Source: Bdellovibrionia bacterium (GTDB lineage: Bacteria > Bdellovibrionota > UBA1018). Taken from it: DNA of 64,000 nucleotides. How positions within the stretch are numbered: position 1 is the stretch's first letter; each line of letters starts with the position of its first letter. The stretch covers positions 16,017 to 80,016 of the forward strand of contig JBMSSC010000001.1 of NCBI GenBank assembly GCA_049424145.1, in the 5' to 3' direction. The position numbers were made by a program, and so were the translations under genes. Below, one piece after another: positions 47,496-55,577 of this stretch. The notes under the pieces are model-generated. The model saw only the letters and a program-made list of their open reading frames with translations, was not told where the DNA came from and did not search any database.

Positions 47496-48922
47496 GTTCG
47501 AGATCCTTTCTTTTTGAGACGATTCTCAAGCTTTGGGGTCCCAACGATCACGGTGCGTTCGCGGGGCTGAAAGTAGCGTTGAGCAACGCGCTGAATATCA
47601 CGAGGTTTGAGTGCGTCGACGGCTTTTTGCAGCTGAAGCCCCGCCTGAAAATCTCCGTGAAGCGTTTCATGGTGTCCTAAGAACATGGCTTTTGAGAAGT
47701 TCGAGCTCAATCCCTCGTAGAAGCTAAAGTTGAACTTGTTCTTAGCCTTTTGCAGTTCCTGGGTTGAGATGAGCGAGGTTTGAAGAACCGACAACTCATT
47801 TAAAATCACCTTCTCCGCCTGCTCAGCTCGTTTTCCTTGTTGCAGGGTGGCAGAAATCACGAATAACGATGGGTCTTTATTTCCATAGTTTCCACAATCC
47901 ACAGCGCTTGCGATGCCTGTCTCCACAAGGGCTTGATTCAGGCGGCTGCTCTTACTGCCTGCTAAGAGGTTTTGTAAGACCTCCAGAGCGGCAGTGTCCG
48001 GGCTTTGGGCTTGAGGCGAGTGGTAGCCCATTAAGATTTTCTCAAGCTCGATGTTGAGCTTGAGTTCCTTTTTTCTAAAAGCCATCTGAGGAGGTTCTTT
48101 AGGAACAAAGTGCGGAAGATCCACCTCCGCATCCACAGATCCGTAATACTTCTGAGCAAGTTTGAGCACGTCCTGGGTGTTCACGTCTCCTACGACCACT
48201 ACGGTGGCATGGGCTGGACTATAGAACCTCCGGTAAAACGCCATCGCATCGGCTGGACGCATTGCGTTTAAGTCCTTCTCATAGCCGATCACAGGCCAGT
48301 GATAGGGGTGTCGTTTAAAAGCTAGATCAAAAAGACTTTCCTCAAGTGTTCCATCCTGACTATTTTCAGTTCTCAGTCGACGCTCGTTTTGAACGACCTC
48401 TCGCTCGGTTTTAAATCCCTTTTCGTCAATCACAAGCTGGGTCATTCGATCGGACTCAAGCTTCATGACGAGCTCAAGTTGATCTTTGGGGAGTTCCTGC
48501 ACGTAGGCCGTGTAGTCATGAGAAGTAAACGCATTTTCTCCTAAAACCCCTGCCTTTTCTAAAAGACGATCAAATTCGCCTGCCTTGTAATTCTTAGTTC
48601 CTTTGAACATCATGTGTTCAAAGAAATGGGCGAGGCCCGTCTTCCCCACTTGTTCGTCTTTTGAGCCCACCTTGAACCAGGTTTGATAAGCAAAAGTGGG
48701 AGATGCGTGATCTTCCAGAACTAGGATCTTCAGTCCATTGGCCAGATGGAACGTGGTCACTTTAAAATCCCCAACCAAAGGTTTCACTCCGGCCTCAGTT
48801 GAAACTGATTTTTCCTCTACAGCCTTTAAAGGAAGCTCAGCCGCTTCAGAAAGGGAGAAGAAAAATGTGCAGCAAAGCAGTTGCAGGAAGCCTAGCCAGG
48901 TTGCGCGATCGTTTTTATTCAT
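47492..48922 (-). CDS. M16-family zinc peptidase, catalytic-type subunit (HxxEH present)
   Basis: HFFEHMMFKGT inverted zincin motif plus downstream Glu. Signal peptide if translation starts at MNKND (48922). The track start at 48997 adds 25 residues. Confidence 0.8.
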   Translation of the reverse strand: MNKNDRATWLGFLQLLCCTFFFSLSEAAELPLKAVEEKSVSTEAGVKPLVGDFKVTTFHLANGLKILVLEDHASPTFAYQTWFKVGSKDEQVGKTGLAHFFEHMMFKGTKNYKAGEFDRLLEKAGVLGENAFTSHDYTAYVQELPKDQLELVMKLESDRMTQLVIDEKGFKTEREVVQNERRLRTENSQDGTLEESLFDLAFKRHPYHWPVIGYEKDLNAMRPADAMAFYRRFYSPAHATVVVVGDVNTQDVLKLAQKYYGSVDAEVDLPHFVPKEPPQMAFRKKELKLNIELEKILMGYHSPQAQSPDTAALEVLQNLLAGSKSSRLNQALVETGIASAVDCGNYGNKDPSLFVISATLQQGKRAEQAEKVILNELSVLQTSLISTQELQKAKNKFNFSFYEGLSSNFSKAMFLGHHETLHGDFQAGLQLQKAVDALKPRDIQRVAQRYFQPRERTVIVGTPKLENRLKKKGSRT

Positions 48923-49015
48923 GATGGCCTTTTTGCACCTCTTTTGGGTCCGTTCTCTGATCTCCCTAAGATATGCTCTCGCACATCTTTTGTCCAACAG
49001 GTAGAATCAAGACCT

Positions 49016-49843
49016 ATGGTTCACTTCCATTGTAAAAAACTCATGCGTGCAGGTCTAGTGGGAAGTCTGATTCTCATGGGGCTGAGTCTGAGAGCAATTT
49101 TTCATCTCTCGATTTTTACGATTCATGCGATTGAGGTCAGAGGGATTCCTCAGGGTGCAGAGGTTTCAACTGCCTTTGTGTCTGAATCTGACCTCATTGA
49201 GCTTTCAGCCGTTCCTCTTCACGAAGTTTCTCTGTTTCAAATTGGAGTAGTCGAGTTGGAGCGTCGTCTTCAGTCGCATCCATGGGTCTCTCAAGTGAAA
49301 GTCATTCGAGGTTTTCCTCATCGCCTCATCTTGGATGTCCGTCTGAGAAAGCCCGTTGCTGTCTTCTCAGACGGTGGGCATGATTTAAGGTACATGGATG
49401 AGAGTGGAGCAACTTTTGGTCCCATACCGCTCGCTCAGCTCAAACCGTATCCTGTTTTGATGGGGTGCCTCAAAGATCCTGAAGTGGTTGCAAAAGCGCT
49501 GTTATTGATGAAGCAATGGGAGATGGCTTCGATTGGGAAACGGGCTGAGCTCACTTCCATAGATTATGATCGAGATCGAGGCTTCCGAGCAACCATGAGT
49601 TATGGCGCCTTGAAAAGTAAAATGCTGAATACAAAAAAACAAATGAGTCCCTTGCTTCCTGTAAGTGGAAGCCGTTATCGAACTCTAGTTGATTTTGGTC
49701 AAGAAATTGACGGAAAATTACTCTCACGTCTAGAGCAGCTTTCATCGGTTGTTCAATATTTATCCGACTATTCTTTACCCGTTCGTCAAATATGGGTGGA
49801 TGGAGATAAAAAGATTGTTGTCAAATCAGTTCCTCGTTCTTAG
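49016..49843 (+). CDS. ftsQ: cell division protein FtsQ (TM + POTRA + beta domain)
   Basis: TM helix GLVGSLILMGLSL followed by a POTRA-like region (IHAIEVRGIPQ…VKVIRGFPHRLILDVRLRKPVAV). ATG at 49016 chosen. Confidence 0.8.
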   Translation: MVHFHCKKLMRAGLVGSLILMGLSLRAIFHLSIFTIHAIEVRGIPQGAEVSTAFVSESDLIELSAVPLHEVSLFQIGVVELERRLQSHPWVSQVKVIRGFPHRLILDVRLRKPVAVFSDGGHDLRYMDESGATFGPIPLAQLKPYPVLMGCLKDPEVVAKALLLMKQWEMASIGKRAELTSIDYDRDRGFRATMSYGALKSKMLNTKKQMSPLLPVSGSRYRTLVDFGQEIDGKLLSRLEQLSSVVQYLSDYSLPVRQIWVDGDKKIVVKSVPRS

Positions 49844-49947
49844 AATTTAAGAGAGAGGAAATTTTTGCCTATCAATCCTGTGTAAACGAAGAAATCCTGC
49901 CGGGGAAGTGGTTTTGAAAATTCTAATACAGAAGGGTAATTTAAAAT

Positions 49948-51336
49948 ATGTTTGATATCAATCAGTTGGTTGCTCAAGGCGCAAAAATAAAAGTAGTTGG
50001 GGTCGGGGGGAGTGGTTGCAACGCAGTGAATACCATGATTCGCACGGGGCTTGAGGGCGTTGAATTTATAACGGCGAACACCGATCGGCAGGCGTTGGAT
50101 GCTTCTTTGGCTCCTGTGAAACTTGCGATCGGCCAAGAGTTGACCAAAGGGCTTGGAGCCGGAGCGAATCCCGAAGTGGGACGAAATGCTGCTTTAGAAG
50201 ATTACGCAAAAATCTCAGACCTCCTCTCGGGCTCAGACATGGTTTTCATCACTGCCGGTATGGGCGGTGGCACGGGAACAGGAGCCGCACCTGTATTTGC
50301 AAAAATTGCAAAAGAAGTGGGTGCTTTAACGGTGGGTGTGGTGACTAAACCGTTTCTTTTTGAAGGTCGTAAGAGAATGAAGCACGCTGAGCAGGGGATG
50401 AACTGCTTAAGAGAGAGTGTGGACTCGCTCATTACAATTCCAAACCAGAGACTTCTTGCGATTTCAGGCGCTACGTTGTCGATGGTGGATGCATTTAAAA
50501 AAGCTGATGAAGTTTTACTCAATGCAGTGCAGGGGATTTCTGATTTGATCAATCACACCGGTCTGATCAACAGTGACTTTGCCGACGTTAAGACGATTAT
50601 GCAGAATAAGGGCCTTGCCCTTATGGGGATCGGTTACGGGGATGGAGAGCACCGCGCGGTGGAGGCTGCGACCAACGCTATTTCCAGCCCTCTGCTTGAG
50701 GATGTCTCCATTGATGGCGCAACAGGGATCATCATTAATATTACGGGTGGAGAGACTCTGAAGATTCATGAAGTCAATGAGGCGACTACGCTGATTATGG
50801 AAGCGGCTCATGAGGATGCAGAAATCATCTTTGGTACGGTGATTGATGAAGCGTTTAAAGACCGTGTGAAAGTCACGGTGATTGCAACAGGGTTGGGCAA
50901 TAGCATTCGAGCCGCGCAGCAGCCTGAAAGAGTGAAGGAAAAAACGAGCTCCTCTGTTTTTGTTCCGCCTCAATATGCCGTGAATTCAGAGGCCTCTGCG
51001 AATTCCTCAGCTCAAGTGATGCCGCCTGCGCCTCCTGCGGCATTGAACTCCTCTCCCACAGGAGCTTCAGTTGTCGCGGAGTCTCAGCCAGGGGTATCTT
51101 TCAGTGCAGCCTCAGCGGATCCTTTGCTTCAAGCGGGCTCCGCTCATGCTCATGAGCCTCAGGGTCTTTCAGCCATCCCGCCGGTTCCTCCGACCTTGAA
51201 TCCAGGCGTGGGCGCTGAGACAGGAGAATTGGCTCGGGCTCGTTTGATTGCGCAAAAACTGGGAATCACCAACCTAACGGATGATCAGTATGTTCCGCCT
51301 GCGTATCTCAGAAGAGCTCAGGAGCCAGAAATTTAG
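49948..51336 (+). CDS. ftsZ: cell division GTPase FtsZ
   Basis: Tubulin signature GGGTGTG, T7 loop NLDFADV-like (NSDFADVKT), a long disordered linker, and a C-terminal conserved peptide [14 protein letters not shown]. Confidence 0.95.
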   Translation: MFDINQLVAQGAKIKVVGVGGSGCNAVNTMIRTGLEGVEFITANTDRQALDASLAPVKLAIGQELTKGLGAGANPEVGRNAALEDYAKISDLLSGSDMVFITAGMGGGTGTGAAPVFAKIAKEVGALTVGVVTKPFLFEGRKRMKHAEQGMNCLRESVDSLITIPNQRLLAISGATLSMVDAFKKADEVLLNAVQGISDLINHTGLINSDFADVKTIMQNKGLALMGIGYGDGEHRAVEAATNAISSPLLEDVSIDGATGIIINITGGETLKIHEVNEATTLIMEAAHEDAEIIFGTVIDEAFKDRVKVTVIATGLGNSIRAAQQPERVKEKTSSSVFVPPQYAVNSEASANSSAQVMPPAPPAALNSSPTGASVVAESQPGVSFSAASADPLLQAGSAHAHEPQGLSAIPPVPPTLNPGVGAETGELARARLIAQKLGITNLTDDQYVPPAYLRRAQEPEI

Positions 51337-51397
51337 CTCACAAACCAAGCCCTGAGCGGGAAGGTTCAGGTGCTTAGCAGTCAAATGAATGGGTGAA

Positions 51398-51432
51398 ATA
51401 GCCTCTTTTGAAAAAAAGGGGCTATTTTTTTT
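51398..51432 (+). terminator. rho-independent terminator after ftsZ
   Basis: atagcctctttt / aaaaggggctat, a ~12-bp stem with GAAA loop, followed by a T8 run. Confidence 0.75.
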
Positions 51433-51618
51433 CCTTCCCTCCGGTTCTCCTGTTTTTCCTAGAAAATACCCGAGGTTTCGATCGATCGTGTGAGTGAGTG
51501 TTGTCGCTGACATTCTCGCGTCAGGGGGGCTTTTCACCTACAAGGCCTAGGATCCAAAAAGTCACCCGCGAATCGTCCGATGCTTTTCTCGATCCCATTT
51601 TTAGGGTAACGTACGGAA

Positions 51619-53061
51619 ATGTTGACGACTCACTCATCCCATAAAACAACTTGGGGCCTGATTTGGCTCAGTATCCTGCTGTTTTGGGGAGTCTCTTGGG
51701 AAGCTGAATTTGGAATGGACGCCATGACTTATGCGGGGTTGGCTCGACGGATCCTCATTCATCAAGACTGGAAAACTCTCCATTATTCTTCGCAGGGGTA
51801 TGAGAATTTCTATCAACATCCGCCTCTGGTGATGTGGCTTCTTGCGGGGGTGTTTAAAATCACGGGTGTCGCCAACGAGTGGACCGCGAAGATTCTTCCG
51901 TATCTTTTTTCCCTGGGGACTCTTCTGATGACCATTTTTTGGGGCTCTCAGGCGGCTCAGAGTTCATGGGGAGGTTTTCTTTCGGGCTTGATTCTTTTAA
52001 CTTCGACCCGTTTTATCAAGTATGCGCCGAGCCCGCTTTTAGATGGTTTTTTGGCCTTCTGGCTGATTCTGGGGGGATGGCTCTTGCTTCAATCCTTCAA
52101 TCCCAAAAGTAAGCCTTGGATTTGGGGTCCTCTGCAGGGAGTTTGTCTGGCTGGAGGGTTCTTAACCAAAGGGATGCCGACGCTGCTGCTGTTTTTTGGA
52201 CTGATGGCAAGCTGGATCACTCAGGGAGTGGTGAAGCGATCGAGGAAGGTCAATTTAGGTTTTTTTTTAGCGCTCACTGTCTTGGGTTGGATTCTATCCC
52301 TTTGGCTTTATGTGGGAGACGGACTGAATTATTTGGAGCATTATTGGATTGAGTCGGTCCAAGGGCGCCTGGGAGGGCACTCAGGATGGTTGGATTGGCT
52401 TGCTCCTATGCGTAATTTGTTTAAGGGGTACTGGCCCTGGAACTTGGTTTATTTTTATTCGATCTATGTGATTTGTGTGAAACAGACCAGGGCTAGAAAC
52501 GTCCTGTTTGAGCAAAAAATCACATCTTGGATTCCCCTTCTCGCATCTCTTGGGGTTTTAGGGGGCTTTTCGCTTTCGGGTCATTTCTTAGAACACTACT
52601 TAGTTCCCTTTTATCCCTTTGCCGCGATCGCCAGTGCCGTCTCCATTGCTCAGGTGACTGAACAGTGGAGGGAGGGAGTTACAAGGGTTTTTTTTATTCT
52701 TCTGATTTTTGTTACCCTCCTTCTGGCCACCTTTCCTATTCATACACAAGGGGTGGATTATCAAGATCCTCAGCGTAGGTTGCTGAAACGAGCGGCGAGC
52801 TCCTGTCATGGAGGGATTCGTCGGATTTATCTCTCTGCCGATGAGACGTCGTTTTGGTGGGGCTTGGCGATGGGAACTTGGTATACGCCATGGGATACGC
52901 GGGTTTTGAATCCGTCTGAGATCCCAGTAGATGAAAGGTCCGCACTTTTATTGAGCCGAAGACGAAATGACCTAGCAGGCAGCTGGGTGATGACCTCGTT
53001 GATTGAGGGGGATTTCAGGGTGTACCAGCGTCCAAATTCCCAAGCCTGTCCTGAGCTTTAA
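51619..53061 (+). CDS. GT-C-fold glycosyltransferase (ArnT/PMT family, GT83/GT39-like)
   Basis: First periplasmic loop with acidic motif (SWEAEFGMDAMTYAGLAR), KPPL-like YQHPPLVMWL, ~11 TM helices. 480 aa. Confidence 0.7.
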   Translation: MLTTHSSHKTTWGLIWLSILLFWGVSWEAEFGMDAMTYAGLARRILIHQDWKTLHYSSQGYENFYQHPPLVMWLLAGVFKITGVANEWTAKILPYLFSLGTLLMTIFWGSQAAQSSWGGFLSGLILLTSTRFIKYAPSPLLDGFLAFWLILGGWLLLQSFNPKSKPWIWGPLQGVCLAGGFLTKGMPTLLLFFGLMASWITQGVVKRSRKVNLGFFLALTVLGWILSLWLYVGDGLNYLEHYWIESVQGRLGGHSGWLDWLAPMRNLFKGYWPWNLVYFYSIYVICVKQTRARNVLFEQKITSWIPLLASLGVLGGFSLSGHFLEHYLVPFYPFAAIASAVSIAQVTEQWREGVTRVFFILLIFVTLLLATFPIHTQGVDYQDPQRRLLKRAASSCHGGIRRIYLSADETSFWWGLAMGTWYTPWDTRVLNPSEIPVDERSALLLSRRRNDLAGSWVMTSLIEGDFRVYQRPNSQACPEL

Positions 53062-53146
53062 AAAAACAAGTTCAGGCGTGCTTTTAAACAGGTGCGGTAC
53101 CCGATTCCGCCTGACTGAGAGCGAACTTTGATGTTACTTTTTAAAG

Positions 53147-53626
53147 ATGACATCTCCATCGCTTGAGTTTAAGCCTGTGAACTGGGAGAAAGACTTGGAT
53201 CATGCAGTGCGCTTTCGAGAAGATTCATTCATTTGCAGCTTCGGTGATGCAAAGCGATTTAATCCAAGTGATTATGTGGATGCCTTGATGAGAATGATTA
53301 AAGAGGATCCGGAATCTGCGGTACACATTTGGCTTTCCGAGCAGCTCGTCGGTCAAATGGAGCTAGGGCAGTTTAAGCTGGATCCGAGTGCCGGCTACAT
53401 TGACCTTTGCTACCTGATCCCTGAAATGCGAGGAAAGGGCTATTCTAATTCATTGGACGCGTACGCTATGTCTTTTTTGGGGCGGAGGGGTTTTAAAAAA
53501 GCCTATCTATCGGTGAGTCCGAGCAACAAAAGAGCGATGAGCTATTACGGTCGCATGGGCTGGACTTCCTGCGGAGTGAGACCGGACAGCCCTGAAGTCA
53601 TCCTCATGATAAAGTCAATACCATGA
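53147..53626 (+). CDS. GNAT-family N-acetyltransferase
   Basis: 159 aa. Acetyl-CoA binding motif A region (…RGKGYSNSLDAYAMSFLGRRGFKKAYLSV). Confidence 0.7.
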   Translation: MTSPSLEFKPVNWEKDLDHAVRFREDSFICSFGDAKRFNPSDYVDALMRMIKEDPESAVHIWLSEQLVGQMELGQFKLDPSAGYIDLCYLIPEMRGKGYSNSLDAYAMSFLGRRGFKKAYLSVSPSNKRAMSYYGRMGWTSCGVRPDSPEVILMIKSIP

Positions 53627-54020
53627 GGGTTTGTGAGATTTTGGATTTCGCCCCTTTCTTTTAGGTTTTGATGAAGCGAGTCCTGGATCGTGGATCGTGA
53701 GCAACGTGTCTTGGGTTAAATGAAATTAGAAAAATAAATACAAGAACTTAGCTTGTGCTGGTTCTGAATCGGCTTAGGCTTCACTTGAAGTGAGGGGTCG
53801 AAAAATCCTGTTTCTCTGAAAAGAGAGGGTGTTGAAGGGAGCTCGCAGTTTAGACTCTTTTATCCCGAAATCAAGAGGGGCGCAAAAAAATAAATTCCTG
53901 CGTCAAATTTGCAAATTATCAGTAAATAAATAAAACTAGGGGGTGGGCTGAATTGAGCGCGAACTGAGTTTTGCCTGAGTTAAGAAAGATGGAAGGCTAA
54001 ATCAAAAGGGGAAGTGAATC

Positions 54021-55439
54021 ATGCAGATACCAAGGATGGCTTTGCTTTTGAGTTTGACTCTCGGGGTCAGTCTCAGTTTTGGGCTGGGTCGTGTGAGCGC
54101 CGCTGATTTTAAACCAGGAGAGCTCATCGTGAAGTACAAAAGCGGAGCGATCCGAACGCGCGCTCAAGTGAATGCACTTTACCAAACTGTGGGAGTCAAA
54201 AGTGCCAATCACTTCTCGGGCGTGATGACTGGGTTTGATCACTGGATCTTGGATGAGGGGGTTAAGCTTCAGGACGCGATTCATGAGGTCAGTCAAAGTG
54301 AGCTCGTCGAATATGCTCAGCCCAACTACGTTCTGCATGTGCTTCCGATCGAAGACGAATCAGAGGATCCTGACTTCACCCCTGCACTTGCCGCTTTGGG
54401 GAAGTGCTGGTTTCCTGGGGTGAGTTTTCCCCCGGGTTGCGAGAAAAAAAGTGCAACTCAGCCTAAGCCAGGGGAGCTGGCTGATAGTCGGCCTGCACTT
54501 CAGGAACCACCGCTTGAGGTGATCCCTTCGTTAAAAGATCCTGATTTGAGTCGTGACTATGGCATGGCCAAGATTCGTGCCAATGAGGCCTGGGCTGTAA
54601 CTCGCGGATCCAAAGAGATCGTGGTGGCTGATATTGATACGGGAATTGACTATAATCATGAGGATTTGGCGTTCAATGTGTGGAGGAATCCTAATCCGGG
54701 AGAGAAGAACGACATCGTGGGATTTGATTTCGTCCATAATGATGGATTGCCATATGACGACAATGGACATGGCACTCACACAGCAGGAACGATTGGAGCT
54801 GTCGGAGGAAACGGGATAGGGACCTCGGGAGTGATTCAGAGGGTCTCCATCATGAGTCTTAAGTTCTTAGATGGGGACGGAAGTGGAACCACTGCCGATG
54901 CGATTCGAGCGATTGATTATGCCATTGAGCATGGCGCCAGGGTCTTGAGTAATAGTTGGGGTGGCCGTGGTGATCCAGATAATCCGGCTCTGAAAGAAGC
55001 GATTGATCGGGTTAAAGCAAAAGATGTGCTTTTTGTCGCAGCAGCCGGCAATGATGGAGTCGATAATGATGGTCCGAACGCGAGTTATCCTGCTGCATTC
55101 ACAACCGAAAACCTGATTTCAGTTGCGGCAACAGATGAGCGAGATGGTTTGGCCTCTTTCTCCAATTATGGAAAAAAGACGACCCACCTTGCAGCACCTG
55201 GAGTGAAGATCTACAGTACGGCTCCAGGGAGTCGCTATAAGAGTCTCTCGGGGACCTCCATGGCGTGTCCCCATGTGGCAGGCGCTGCAGCCTTGCTCTG
55301 GTCTATTCATCCAAACTGGGGCTATCAGAAAATTAAAGAGGTTCTTCTCGGTACCGTAGATCCGGTGTCCTCGCTTGCTCGAAAGACGATCACAGGTGGG
55401 AGGCTTAACGTGGGACGGGCCCTGAATTATTCTGAGTAG
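54021..55439 (+). CDS. secreted subtilisin-like serine protease (S8) with N-terminal propeptide
   Basis: Signal peptide. Catalytic triad motifs DTGIDYNHEDL, HGTHTAG and GTSMACPHVAGAAALL. Confidence 0.85.
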   Translation: MQIPRMALLLSLTLGVSLSFGLGRVSAADFKPGELIVKYKSGAIRTRAQVNALYQTVGVKSANHFSGVMTGFDHWILDEGVKLQDAIHEVSQSELVEYAQPNYVLHVLPIEDESEDPDFTPALAALGKCWFPGVSFPPGCEKKSATQPKPGELADSRPALQEPPLEVIPSLKDPDLSRDYGMAKIRANEAWAVTRGSKEIVVADIDTGIDYNHEDLAFNVWRNPNPGEKNDIVGFDFVHNDGLPYDDNGHGTHTAGTIGAVGGNGIGTSGVIQRVSIMSLKFLDGDGSGTTADAIRAIDYAIEHGARVLSNSWGGRGDPDNPALKEAIDRVKAKDVLFVAAAGNDGVDNDGPNASYPAAFTTENLISVAATDERDGLASFSNYGKKTTHLAAPGVKIYSTAPGSRYKSLSGTSMACPHVAGAAALLWSIHPNWGYQKIKEVLLGTVDPVSSLARKTITGGRLNVGRALNYSE

Positions 55440-55471
55440 ATTGAAAGTGATTTAGATCAAGTCTTGTTTTC

Positions 55472-55504
55472 GGGTAGATCCTTTTGGGTCTGCCCTTTCT
55501 TTTG
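55472..55504 (+). terminator. rho-independent terminator after the first S8 protease
   Basis: gggtagatcc-tttt-gggtctgccc forms a 10-bp stem (2 G·U pairs), followed by tttcttttg. Confidence 0.6.
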
Positions 55505-55577
55505 ATTGCACTCTCATTTTCTTGCAATTCTTTTGAATTCCTTTTAGTTCTTAAATGAAGACTGAAAAGGGGCGCAC

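Noticed and set aside
53627-54020. 394-bp intergenic region upstream of the first S8 protease, checked for a tRNA or small RNA
   Set aside because: No cloverleaf-compatible sequence or conserved T-loop (GTTCRA) with matching acceptor stem. It contains only a small direct repeat (ggatcgtg x2) and A-rich promoter-like sequence.
53997-54338. 113-aa minus-strand ORF overlapping the start of the first S8 protease gene
   Set aside because: It is antisense to a well-supported protease gene (signal peptide and propeptide on plus strand) and has no domain.
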